DNA from: a virus
Taxonomy: Duplodnaviria > Heunggongvirae > Uroviricota > Caudoviricetes
Virus record (IMG/VR): IMGVR_UViG_3300037257_000073
Reading direction: 5' to 3' (one strand)
DNA: 64,000 bases
Position numbers and translations under genes: made by a program. The notes beneath the pieces are model-generated. The model searched no databases, was not told the DNA's origin, and saw only the letters and a program-made list of their open reading frames with translations. Within the stretch, counting starts at the first letter, position 1, and every line of letters starts with the position of its first letter. Below are positions 27,863 through 37,879 of this stretch, piece by piece.

Positions 27863-28157
27863 TGAATTTAAACATGATATCAGTAGTAATTATAACATTT
27901 TTAGTTGAAACATTAAAAATATCATATTTTTCAATAAATTCATCATAAGTAATTTCTTTATGCTCATGATCATCAAAATGTACATTAGTATTTCCAAAAC
28001 CAGTCATTTGTTTTGAATGATATCTATAACAAATTCCTTCATAATAAAATGAAGATAAAAATTTCTCTAATAAACCCATACTACTTAATATTCTCTGAAC
28101 AGTTTTTATTTGATCAGGATTACTAACTTTCATCTTAAAATTTTCTACTATTTCCAT
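27789..28157 (-). CDS. tandem paralog family B, member 5
   Basis: MEIVENFKMKV..IKTVQRIL. Confidence 0.5.
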   Translation of the reverse strand: MEIVENFKMKVSNPDQIKTVQRILSSMGLLEKFLSSFYYEGICYRYHSKQMTGFGNTNVHFDDHEHKEITYDEFIEKYDIFNVSTKNVIITTDIMFKFIEYYMDHLNDEKTPQELFKDWKND

Positions 28158-28172
28158 TTAATTTCAATTTAA

Positions 28173-28579
<407 letters not shown>

Positions 28580-28600
28580 GAGTATTTTAAAAAGAACAAC

Positions 28601-28873
28601 CTATCGGTTGTTCTCTCTATGTGCTAATTCTAATTCAAAAAAATCTTGAAGACTTTTATCACATTTAATATCACCACGTTGCATTGCTGCAATAATGTTA
28701 CTAACGTGTTTATCGTCTAAATCAGGAACTTTAACTTTTTTACCAGCTTTAGTTATCCAATTCATACGATCTCTATCTTCTAGACTATAAGGTCCAACAG
28801 TACTAGCTGTTGCTACACCTTCGAGTAATATAATTTCTTTACTCATGTTCTTTGGATATGGTAATAGTTTCAA
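28601..28873 (-). CDS. hypothetical protein
   Basis: ORF. Confidence 0.35.
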   Translation of the reverse strand: MKLLPYPKNMSKEIILLEGVATASTVGPYSLEDRDRMNWITKAGKKVKVPDLDDKHVSNIIAAMQRGDIKCDKSLQDFFELELAHRENNR

Positions 28874-29126
28874 TAGGTTTCTCTTTATTTACTTGTTTTA
28901 CAAGTTCAATAGTATCATCGGAACCTTTTTTGTAACCTTCTTTATATCCTTTAAGATTCTCATTAACACCTAAAATAGCTAGTGCAATAGAAAGTACTAT
29001 CCATCCGATTACATTTAACCAGTTTGGTGCAGAAACACTAAAAGGTTTAAATGATATTTTTAATTCAGACATTAATACTAATGCTGCAACTGCTAAAATA
29101 ATTGTAATAATTGTTCCCATTTTCAT
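28839..29126 (-). CDS. membrane protein
   Basis: two TM segments. Confidence 0.35.
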   Translation of the reverse strand: MKMGTIITIILAVAALVLMSELKISFKPFSVSAPNWLNVIGWIVLSIALAILGVNENLKGYKEGYKKGSDDTIELVKQVNKEKPIETITISKEHE

Positions 29127-29127
29127 T

Positions 29128-29445
29128 TTAATGAAGTTTTAATTTAAGTGTATCCTTTTGTAATTTTAACGTCTTGATTAATTCTTTATGACGTTGAATA
29201 TTATCCCAAAGATCTTGGGATTCTCCATCACCCCAATAATACTGACGTTTAATTTTACATATGTATATTTTTGCTTTAACGTATTTTTTCAACAATTCAC
29301 AATAATCACAGTCGCAAAATTCATTGTGAGCATCTATCATTTTCAGATAGACGCCCACAATTATTTCTTGTGACGATTTTTTAACGATAGCATCTACTTT
29401 TCGTTGTAAAGTCGCCAGTTTCATACTACTTTGATGCTTCCGCAA
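29128..29445 (-). CDS. hypothetical protein
   Basis: ORF. Confidence 0.35.
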   Translation of the reverse strand: MRKHQSSMKLATLQRKVDAIVKKSSQEIIVGVYLKMIDAHNEFCDCDYCELLKKYVKAKIYICKIKRQYYWGDGESQDLWDNIQRHKELIKTLKLQKDTLKLKLH

Positions 29446-29902
29446 GTTTGTTGTACGAGTCAGCTGTGTTAGCTGCTAAAGCAATTTCAATAGCTTTAGT
29501 AAGTTTTTCCAAACTTTCTTTAGCTTTTTTGATTTCTTTATAACGAGCTTCTGACATTTTAGTCTTTGGCTCGCCATCAACATATTCAGTAATATCATCA
29601 TAATTGATTTTACTTAATGCGGCTTTAGCAGCATCTTGTTTTTCAATTGATTTAAACAAAATATCAACACGTTTGTTAATTTCAGTATTAGCCATTTTGT
29701 CTATTACTGCGGCTGAGATAGTATCGTTACTTCCAGCAATTTTTTCTGCTACTTTTTCTTGAATAGTCATCTTTTTTTGTTTTGATTTTTTAGAATGATA
29801 ATGCGTAAGAACTTTTTGAAAGTTTAATTTCAACACCTTCAGCATATTTACAAACAACCACACCATCAATAATAGAATATGGTCGTTCGAATAATTTAAC
29901 AC
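29426..29902 (-). CDS. hypothetical protein (non-ATG start likely)
   Basis: ORF; first codon is GTG. Confidence 0.3.
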   Translation of the reverse strand: MLNYSNDHILLLMVWLFVNMLKVLKLNFQKVLTHYHSKKSKQKKMTIQEKVAEKIAGSNDTISAAVIDKMANTEINKRVDILFKSIEKQDAAKAALSKINYDDITEYVDGEPKTKMSEARYKEIKKAKESLEKLTKAIEIALAANTADSYNKLAEASK

Positions 29903-30809
29903 TGGTATAATCCGGCAATAATTTTGTCAATTCTTTTGGATAACCAGATTGATAATATGCAATAATTACAGGGTTCTTACGATAATTTACAAATTGACCA
30001 TCACATTTATAATCAGTTCCTTTATAAGTAACTGTAATATTGAAATATTCAGGTTCAGCGGTCAAGTTAAGGAACTTGGCGCATTCAAGAGCAGATTCAT
30101 CAAATAAATTTACTTCCCGGATAATAGATGTAAGTACATCCATTGTCAACATATCAACAGTTTCAACAAATTTGTCAACTGAATCACGATATGCAGGTTT
30201 TTTAAGTAAATCATCAACAATTTCAGCAACTGTAGCGGCATCAAGTTTACTGTAAATTTTGTGATATTTAACACGATTCAAACGATTTTTCAATTTGTTA
30301 TTAATTGAAGAAGGATCGTTTGCAGTTAATAAGAAAATCAATTTAGTATGATACATACCATCCATTAATGTCAATAATGAATTTGATTCTTCATCACGAC
30401 GATATACTTTCTCAAATTCATCAATAAAGATAATAGAATCAGAAAAGTGTGGATCAGAAATGAATGCTTCAAAACCGGGACCATTGTATGCTTCAGTGAT
30501 AAAAATAACAGGTTTGTTCATTCTTTGACAGAATAACTGAGCAGCTACTGTTTTACCTGTTCCTTTTGTACCAGATAATAAAATACCAAGATTTTTAGCA
30601 CTATTGTGTTCGTAAGATTTAATCCAACGATCAATAAAGTTGAAATCACCATAAAGTTTTGAAGGTAATTTAAAATCAATTTGTTGAGTAAGGAAAAATT
30701 GTTCATTACTTTCATTAAATTGTAAGGCATAATTACCAACGGGTAATTTATCGTGAGAACCAGTAATATTGCCTATAGTATAGACTTTATTATTTTGAAT
30801 AATTGGCAT
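29790..30809 (-). CDS. AAA+ ATPase
   Basis: Walker A GTKGTGKT; Walker B IIFIDEFE; sensor-1 LLTAN. Confidence 0.6.
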   Translation of the reverse strand: MPIIQNNKVYTIGNITGSHDKLPVGNYALQFNESNEQFFLTQQIDFKLPSKLYGDFNFIDRWIKSYEHNSAKNLGILLSGTKGTGKTVAAQLFCQRMNKPVIFITEAYNGPGFEAFISDPHFSDSIIFIDEFEKVYRRDEESNSLLTLMDGMYHTKLIFLLTANDPSSINNKLKNRLNRVKYHKIYSKLDAATVAEIVDDLLKKPAYRDSVDKFVETVDMLTMDVLTSIIREVNLFDESALECAKFLNLTAEPEYFNITVTYKGTDYKCDGQFVNYRKNPVIIAYYQSGYPKELTKLLPDYTSVKLFERPYSIIDGVVVCKYAEGVEIKLSKSSYALSF

Positions 30810-30900
30810 ATCTAATATTTTATTTGTTTTTGTTTTTGATTTAAAAAAGATCCGCTCTCACACATAGGAGAGCAGATCTTTACAATTTTTCAATTTATTA

Positions 30901-31776
30901 TTACTTCATTTGCATCATGAAGCTATTACCGGCAGCACCAGTAACATAAGTAGGAACGTGTGAACCACCTTCTTGCCATGCTTCAATCCAACGCATTTGA
31001 ACCAACAACGGAGTTAAAGTAGAATTCTTAAGTTTATTAGCTTCAGCTTCTGCACGTGCATTAGTAAGCATAGCTTCAGCATCACCTTGTGCTTTAGCTA
31101 CTTTAATTTTAGCTTCTGCTTCGGCTTTAACAACCTCATTTTGCGCACGTTGCGCATCTTGTGTCATCTGAACTTTAGAATTCAACGCATCTTTAATAGA
31201 TTGAGGTATACGTACTGATCCAATTAAAGATAGACGATCTACTACAATTCCATTAGGAGCGAGTTGAGCTTTAACAAGTTTTGATACTGTGTCAATTAGT
31301 AAACCTTTACCGTTACCATAAACAGATTCAACCGGCATATTACCAGCTACTCTATTCAAAGCATCACGAATGGCATTACGAACTACAGTACCACGAATTT
31401 CTTCTACGCCTTTACGATAAGTTGTATACATTTTCGGCAATTTATCCATATCAAAGTGCATAGCAAGACCTAAATCTACTCCACATTACATACCTTCTTT
31501 GGTTTGAAATGTAAATTCTTCATTAGTGTCAGAGCCTTCAGATTTGTCATGAGTAAATGTCCAGTTTACTTGGAAAGTAGGAAAATCGAAATAATCCTGA
31601 CCAAAACCAGAGTAATAAGTACCGGGGCCTACTGGAACTGGTTGAACACCTTTGTCTGAACCATAACGTTCATTAATTACAGAGGCATAACCCGGATCAG
31701 TTGTGTGCATACAAGAAGTTAAAGACATTGAGAGAACAGCAATTACGCAAATTGCTAAAAACTTGAAGTTTTTCAT
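30901..31776 (-). pseudogene. SPFH/band-7 family lipoprotein split by one in-frame TAA
   Basis: lipoprotein signal LTSC plus SPFH N-terminal half (31486-31776) and C-terminal half (30901-31461) in the same frame, separated by a single TAA. Confidence 0.4.
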
Positions 31777-31787
31777 TTTTTGTTGTT

Positions 31788-32000
31788 TTAATTAAGAAAT
31801 TGTTTAGAGAATTTTTGAATTGTTCTGATAATAGAATATAGCCAAAAAAACATTACTGCGATTGTGCCGATAAAACCGACAGCTACCAAAGTATTGCTTG
31901 GATAACTCACAAGAAAAGGTGCGACAATGCCGAACCACGCAAATAAAATAAGGAGATACCCTATAATTTTTGCTACGAAAATAAAAATTAATTTTACCAT
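31788..32000 (-). CDS. small membrane protein
   Basis: hydrophobic. Confidence 0.35.
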   Translation of the reverse strand: MVKLIFIFVAKIIGYLLILFAWFGIVAPFLVSYPSNTLVAVGFIGTIAVMFFWLYSIIRTIQKFSKQFLN

Positions 32001-32332
32001 TTTTTGTTTAAAAATTTAAGGATTCGACCTGGCTTGTAATAGATTTCTTCATCAAGTAATAACCTTATCAGCATATACATGAAAAAACATACTCCAAGAG
32101 TATTTATAATAGGAATAAATGTAATCACCATTCCTAATGCATAAAATCCTATTGTACCTTGAACTTTTTCAAGATAATTAGGATCTTCATAAAGTTTTAC
32201 TTTTACGATATACATTATATATATCATTAAAAGAATTGAAATAAAATAAATTAACCACATATAATTAAATTTAGTTTGAATTTGAAGTTCCGTTTGGATT
32301 AATAAGATCGTCCATACGTTTAAGATCATCAA
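31994..32332 (-). CDS. membrane protein
   Basis: hydrophobic. Confidence 0.35.
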   Translation of the reverse strand: MMILNVWTILLIQTELQIQTKFNYMWLIYFISILLMIYIMYIVKVKLYEDPNYLEKVQGTIGFYALGMVITFIPIINTLGVCFFMYMLIRLLLDEEIYYKPGRILKFLNKKW

Positions 32333-32546
32333 TCTTTTTAGTCATTAATACAGCAGTTTCTGGATTAGGTGCAATGTTTTTAGCCATGACTAATGAACAT
32401 ACTACTTCTAATCTTTTATAAGCTTGTGCTTTATCGGTTGCTGTTTTATACCCATTTAGAGCACCATCAAGCAATTCAATAATTTTTTCTACAGACATAG
32501 TTGATGCTACCATCAATATTGTCTTTCCGTTATCGTTATTCGTCAT
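32271..32546 (-). CDS. hypothetical protein
   Basis: ORF. Confidence 0.35.
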   Translation of the reverse strand: MTNNDNGKTILMVASTMSVEKIIELLDGALNGYKTATDKAQAYKRLEVVCSLVMAKNIAPNPETAVLMTKKIDDLKRMDDLINPNGTSNSN

Positions 32547-32883
32547 CTTTTTCTTTAATTACTTTATAAATTTCTTTTAATACTTTCTGTAATTCAATTA
32601 ATTGTTTTTTAGAACTAACTACTAAGTATGCTAATTCTCTTTTGTTAAAGATAGATTCAATCAACTCTGTTTCTTCTGACAATGTTGAACAATCTATATC
32701 TTTTAATTTTGCAAACTTATCAGGTGATGGTTTTTCAACTCCACACCCTCTCAATGAACTATCTTCTTCATGATTATAAGGCTTGCTGTTTGCAATAAAA
32801 TTTTCTAATGCTGTAATTAAATCATTATCAGTTGCTGATTGATTATCTAAAATTACATCAATTAATTTAATTCTGTTTAACAC
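32536..32883 (-). CDS. dispersed paralog family C member
   Basis: shares the KRELAY motif and layout with 36493-36960 and 37387-37749. Confidence 0.4.
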   Translation of the reverse strand: MLNRIKLIDVILDNQSATDNDLITALENFIANSKPYNHEEDSSLRGCGVEKPSPDKFAKLKDIDCSTLSEETELIESIFNKRELAYLVVSSKKQLIELQKVLKEIYKVIKEKDDE

Positions 32884-32988
32884 GTATTACGCTCTTTAAT
32901 ATTTTTTTCATCTTTATCTATGTGTTTTTTAATTATTTTTGTTCCGCACCGTATTTCTACGGATTGGAATCAAAAACAAAATGAAATG

Positions 32989-33047
32989 GAGGGATAGAGA
33001 GATTCAAACTCCCGACCCTAGGCTCTTTTCGGCTGAGCTATATCCCT
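32989..33047 (-). other. truncated 59-nt tRNA-like element lacking an anticodon arm
   Basis: acceptor AGGGATA/TATCCCT, D-arm GCTC-AGCCGAAAA-GAGC, T-arm GGGAG-TTTGAAT-CTCTC, only 8 nt between D- and T-arms. Confidence 0.4.
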
Positions 33048-33364
33048 CTTTTTAATTGATTCACTAATGCATCAAAAGCACTAATACGTGGTTTAGCATT
33101 ATGTACATCCCACCAATAAGTGATAGTTATTAACTGACACTTAGGTTCTTCGAAATTATACTGTGATGCTAATTTACACACGTTTTCATAAGTAAATGTT
33201 GGAAGAAAATCATCTATCTCAAAAATTGAGGATTTATAACCCTTATCTTTAAGAGTGATATTCAAACTCCAACACATACTACAGAAATTCAAAGCATTCT
33301 GATAGATTAAATACCTAGCTTTAGCTTCTTCAAATATTGCTATTTGATCATTTACGGGAATCAT
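33038..33364 (-). CDS. hypothetical protein
   Basis: ORF. Confidence 0.35.
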   Translation of the reverse strand: MIPVNDQIAIFEEAKARYLIYQNALNFCSMCWSLNITLKDKGYKSSIFEIDDFLPTFTYENVCKLASQYNFEEPKCQLITITYWWDVHNAKPRISAFDALVNQLKRGI

Positions 33365-33695
33365 TCTTTTTTGGTTTAACGAGTTCTTTGTTTAAAAACT
33401 TACCAATAGGAGTAAATATAGTCGGTTTATCAAATTTACCAAATACTTCACTCCAACCTTCTAATGATATTTGTACAGCCAACCAAATTAATGAAACGAA
33501 TATACAAGCAACATTGGCAAAAGGTATAATTGATATGCTTACAATTAACATTAATGTCCAAACTTTTAAACCTATAGGTTTAAATTCATCTGGACTATAA
33601 TAATCAAAATCATCTGCAACTTTGGGTACTCTTACGTACCAAATAAAATAAATAAGTGCGATAAACGGAAATCCAAATAACATAAATACTCCCAT
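33348..33695 (-). CDS. membrane protein
   Basis: hydrophobic. Confidence 0.35.
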   Translation of the reverse strand: MGVFMLFGFPFIALIYFIWYVRVPKVADDFDYYSPDEFKPIGLKVWTLMLIVSISIIPFANVACIFVSLIWLAVQISLEGWSEVFGKFDKPTIFTPIGKFLNKELVKPKKNDSRK

Positions 33696-33708
33696 AACTT
33701 TTTAAATT

Positions 33709-34134
33709 TTAAAAACGTTCTTTTTTACGCACATTAAAACGTTCACCATCAGTAGACGCTAACGTGTGTTGAGCTTCTGCAGCAGTGTTATCTGATGCAT
33801 CACCTTCACTACTGTCGTCATAAGGATCTCCCCCATTCAGACCTTCTAATTGTTCACGCGCTTCTTGAATTTTCCTCAAGAATTCTGACATATCGCCAAC
33901 TCCACCTTTACCTGTACCTTCACCTTCTCCATCACCTTGTCCGTCTCCTTCCTCAGGTAAATGAATATAGTCTCTTGTAATTGTAATTTTACGGGGGATA
34001 ATAGCAATAACTTCTTCTACTTGTTCTTCAACAACATCTTCACTTTCAGATAAAGCAATTCCATCATCTTGAACTATGACAGCAGGAAACGTATCAAACG
34101 TTTCAACTGCGTCATATACAACTTCTTCTTCCAT
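33709..34134 (-). CDS. acidic protein (Asp/Glu/Gly-rich)
   Basis: composition. Confidence 0.4.
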   Translation of the reverse strand: MEEEVVYDAVETFDTFPAVIVQDDGIALSESEDVVEEQVEEVIAIIPRKITITRDYIHLPEEGDGQGDGEGEGTGKGGVGDMSEFLRKIQEAREQLEGLNGGDPYDDSSEGDASDNTAAEAQHTLASTDGERFNVRKKERF

Positions 34135-34146
34135 AATTTTTACTTG

Positions 34147-34971
34147 TTAACGGAGCATGCCGATTTTTAATATTTTACTTACTAAAGGTGATCCTTCTTG
34201 ATGTCCAGCTTGATCTAACAAGATATTTCCACCAATAACATCATACATAGTACCTAAATCTCTGATAATTCTACTTTGATCTAGGAATGTTCCAATACGT
34301 CTTTGATCTCCAGATGCCGAATATCCATTGAATAATGTCATTCTGAAGAATTCTCTATGAGATGCTGCTAAGATCTCCCGAAAGTTTAATTTTTCAGAAG
34401 ATTTAGCAACATTTACCATAACGTAAGAAGCTTTGTTACCAATTGCTTGTGTATCTGAATCAAACATATCAATGTTAACACTTATGTTCATTGCTTGACA
34501 CATAAGAATGGTTTTCAAAATCTTAGTAAACGAACCACTATAGTTACCTCCAACGAAGGTACCTACTTGGAATGCCATATTAAGAGTTTGTTTTTTAGCT
34601 CCAGGCATAGATTTCTTAAAAATCTTATCACAATTAGAAGCATAATGAGACATTGACAAATTACCACTAAATTTATTTAAGTCGAACTTACGTTTCTGAC
34701 TCTTACCTTTATAAACAAGTTCAAGAAATTCCTTGTCAATAGACAATTCTTTCTGAGCCTTATTTACAAGAGCTATTTTACTTTTAGTAAATGTCGCACG
34801 TTCTTCAAAATATCTCCTTGCCGATTCTGGTTCTTCTCTGACTGTACTCATACCTAAACCTCTAGGGTTTGTAGTAATATCGTCAAATTCAAAGATAGCT
34901 TGTAAAGATTCAAATCTTACAAAGTTAGCTCCAGATGGAAGTACTTTTGATACAAACTTTGGCGTACTCAT
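34147..34971 (-). CDS. hypothetical protein, partner of the MoxR-like ATPase
   Basis: ORF immediately downstream of the AAA gene. Confidence 0.4.
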   Translation of the reverse strand: MSTPKFVSKVLPSGANFVRFESLQAIFEFDDITTNPRGLGMSTVREEPESARRYFEERATFTKSKIALVNKAQKELSIDKEFLELVYKGKSQKRKFDLNKFSGNLSMSHYASNCDKIFKKSMPGAKKQTLNMAFQVGTFVGGNYSGSFTKILKTILMCQAMNISVNIDMFDSDTQAIGNKASYVMVNVAKSSEKLNFREILAASHREFFRMTLFNGYSASGDQRRIGTFLDQSRIIRDLGTMYDVIGGNILLDQAGHQEGSPLVSKILKIGMLR

Positions 34972-36227
34972 TATGCTACAACTTGCATTTCACGGTTAAC
35001 AGCTTTTGCACCTTCTTCATCCATATCTTCCAATACCATCTTCAAAATAGTTTGAGTTGTTACACCCGCTCTAATTAAGTTAGACATATCTTCAATATTT
35101 CTGGTAGATAAATAACTACCGGTCTTTTCTAATGATGCTCTCAATTTAGTTGCGAAATTATGATGAGGTCCCATTAATTCTTTTTCAAGACTTAAGTGAT
35201 ACCCAACATGATGACGACAAAAACGGAACCTGTCCATTAATGCTAAATCTTGAAAGTCACGACCAGAATACTCGATAGACCCTTTACCCCAGGTATTACC
35301 ACACATTACAAGATGGAAGTCTTTGTGTTTCTGTGCAATAGGTTTGTCATCGCGGTGAGGAATAGAAATAAACTTTGATGAATCTGCGATACCATTAAAG
35401 AATAAGGCCATATCACCTGACATTGCATCATACTCATCCACCAAGAAAATACCTCCATTTTCATAAGCTTTCAAGAACGTAGTTTCCAAATATGTTTCAG
35501 ATCTTGGTTGTTTATAACCAATCAAATCATGCACAGATGAATCTCTCGAACAAGAATACTTGTAAAAATCTAAGCCCATTCTATCGGATAAAGATGCAAT
35601 CATATAAGTTTTACCAGTACCTGCAGGACCAACTAACATAGCTTTGTGGTGTAGGTTAAGTGACTTAACTACATCAGCTAATACAGGGTGATCTGAATGC
35701 TGGATACTAACATCAACCATACCAGGCATAGTAATAGTGGTGTGACCACGTCTTACTTCAGCAAGTAAACTTGTTCTGATATCACGGAAAATAAGATCTA
35801 CTTGATTCTTATATTCCTTTACTCGTTGTTCAGTGACTGTGTTTAAGTTAGTTGTTAACTCAACATATTTTTGGTCCGTTTCATCCAAACGTTCCGCAAA
35901 CATTTCATCAATCTCTTTAGACAAGCGTTGTAAATCAAATTCAGGAACAGGGATAGATTCAATAGGACCTCTCACAGGTATATTCTGCCGTGCAGGTGGT
36001 CTTGATGAAACTTCTTCACCAACATAATACTTAGGTGTGATGGTCCAAGAGTCAAATCTAAAAGATTGTCCTTGTTCACAAGACGTAATAAACGCACCAT
36101 CAATGGTTTTACCCAATAAATAGTTCATTTTCTTTTGTCCATTCCATCCCACGGGAGTACCAGTTGTTGTTGCCCACAATCCTTCTCTCGTAAATTCTTC
36201 CTCTGTTTTAAATCTCCACTTTTTCAT
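34971..36227 (-). CDS. MoxR/CobS-like AAA+ ATPase
   Basis: Walker A GPAGTGKT; Walker B IFLVDEYD; 418 aa. Confidence 0.6.
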   Translation of the reverse strand: MKKWRFKTEEEFTREGLWATTTGTPVGWNGQKKMNYLLGKTIDGAFITSCEQGQSFRFDSWTITPKYYVGEEVSSRPPARQNIPVRGPIESIPVPEFDLQRLSKEIDEMFAERLDETDQKYVELTTNLNTVTEQRVKEYKNQVDLIFRDIRTSLLAEVRRGHTTITMPGMVDVSIQHSDHPVLADVVKSLNLHHKAMLVGPAGTGKTYMIASLSDRMGLDFYKYSCSRDSSVHDLIGYKQPRSETYLETTFLKAYENGGIFLVDEYDAMSGDMALFFNGIADSSKFISIPHRDDKPIAQKHKDFHLVMCGNTWGKGSIEYSGRDFQDLALMDRFRFCRHHVGYHLSLEKELMGPHHNFATKLRASLEKTGSYLSTRNIEDMSNLIRAGVTTQTILKMVLEDMDEEGAKAVNREMQVVA

Positions 36228-36278
36228 TAATCTTCTTTCTTTTATTTATAATCATTATTTTTTCTGTTCATGTGATAA

Positions 36279-36491
36279 TCAGTCACATGTAATATTTGAT
36301 GGGGGCATAAACCACCCTTTATACCTAAATCCTCCGAAACGTATATCATACTCAATAGTATCATCAATAAGTTGTCCTATTAATGGATTCATAAGTTTTC
36401 TAATGTTCCAGTGTAAGGGAGTTTCATATTCATAGTTCCATAAACAATCTCGTATGAATTCCTCTTTAGTTTTAATTCTTATTATACTCAT
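36279..36491 (-). CDS. small protein similar to the N-terminal domain of the 34971-36227 ATPase
   Basis: IRIKTKEEFIRDCLW..HWNIRKLMNPLIG versus WRFKTEEEFTREGLW..GWNGQKKMNYLLG. Confidence 0.4.
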   Translation of the reverse strand: MSIIRIKTKEEFIRDCLWNYEYETPLHWNIRKLMNPLIGQLIDDTIEYDIRFGGFRYKGWFMPPSNITCD

Positions 36492-36492
36492 T

Positions 36493-36960
36493 TTAATTCA
36501 AATTGAAACCTTTAAATTTTGTACAAGTTGGTTTCTTTCTGCATTTCCAGCATTCAGAATCATCTTCTTCTTTACAGTCAGATGAAGAATTACGCGGTGT
36601 TCCAAACATTTTATCTTTACCTTCTCTTGAATTCATGATTTCAGATAAAAGTTGTTTTAGTTCTTCAGGCATATCATCTTCGTCAACTACAACTTTACAG
36701 TGTTCTTTTGCGATACAAAGTGCAAGTTCACGTTTGGTAAGAGTTTTTTCAATTTCTTCAATTGCATGTGTAATAGAACCTCTTGTTTCTAATTTAAGAA
36801 TAATAGGTTCGTGTAATCCACATGACTCAAATCCAGGTTTATCACTATTGTGATCAAAAGGTCTAACTTTAGCTAATTCAGCTTCAATAGCCACAACTAG
36901 ATCTTTACCTTCTAAACTTGAATTACATAGTTCGATAATTTTTTGTTTTTCTTTTGACAT
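36493..36960 (-). CDS. dispersed paralog family C member
   Basis: KRELAL motif. Confidence 0.4.
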   Translation of the reverse strand: MSKEKQKIIELCNSSLEGKDLVVAIEAELAKVRPFDHNSDKPGFESCGLHEPIILKLETRGSITHAIEEIEKTLTKRELALCIAKEHCKVVVDEDDMPEELKQLLSEIMNSREGKDKMFGTPRNSSSDCKEEDDSECWKCRKKPTCTKFKGFNLN

Positions 36961-37325
36961 TATAATAATGTTTTAAGTTTATTATTTGGTGTGAAATCAT
37001 ATTTGTCTAATTCAACAATCATATCTTTAAGTATTTCAGAAGTTAAAGGTTCAGAACCAATAACTTCTACAATACCTGCTTCTGCAGTATCAAACATAAT
37101 ATGCAGTTTTATTTTTAATTGTTGACTATGAACATACTTAGCAATCATATTGTTTTTCTTAGTATATCCACAGAAATATAAACTTCCCATTATGATATAA
37201 AACGAACAACAGTTTTGGACACTTGTAAAACAAAAACAGCACCAAAGAAAGCAACCAATAAGATTGGATATTTTTCTGGATGACATGCTGCAAATACAGT
37301 AATTAAGCCCATTAATAATGACCAA
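36960..37325 (-). CDS. hypothetical protein
   Basis: ORF; N-terminus hydrophobic and Cys-rich, start uncertain. Confidence 0.25.
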   Translation of the reverse strand: MVIINGLNYCICSMSSRKISNLIGCFLWCCFCFTSVQNCCSFYIIMGSLYFCGYTKKNNMIAKYVHSQQLKIKLHIMFDTAEAGIVEVIGSEPLTSEILKDMIVELDKYDFTPNNKLKTLL

Positions 37326-37386
37326 AATACTTCGATAATTTTAATTTTTGTTGTTGACATTTGTTTTATATTTAAAAAGTTAAATA

Positions 37387-37749
37387 CTATTCATCTCTAA
37401 AATCTTCACCATCTTCTTGTTGTGATTTCATAATCATTTTAACAAGTGGATGTTGTGATATTTTTGTTATTTGTGCAATTGAACAAACTAATGCATACGC
37501 AGTTTCACGTTTGGTCATTGTTTTTTCAATTTGTTCAACGGCAACTGAAAGTTTACCGGCAAATTCACCTTGTGGTAAAACATTACGTAAATCACGAATA
37601 CCTAATGCTTCTTCTGATTTTCGTTCTTCATGTTTAATTGGGTGAAGTTTTGTTAATTCTTTTTCAACTAATAATGTGAATTCATCAATTGGGGTTTCAC
37701 ATTCATGGGCTAATTTAATAACCTCTACTAAATTTGTTACATCATACAT
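37387..37749 (-). CDS. dispersed paralog family C member
   Basis: KRETAYAL motif. Confidence 0.4.
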   Translation of the reverse strand: MYDVTNLVEVIKLAHECETPIDEFTLLVEKELTKLHPIKHEERKSEEALGIRDLRNVLPQGEFAGKLSVAVEQIEKTMTKRETAYALVCSIAQITKISQHPLVKMIMKSQQEDGEDFRDE

Positions 37750-37879
37750 TTCTTTTTATCATTTTGTGTTTAACCTACACGAATTGTGTAACGCACTAAG
37801 CTTAATAACTTTATACTCCCTTAGTGGAGTTAAAACGAGGATGCTATAGAATCGTGATCCCATAGCATCCCTATTCTAT

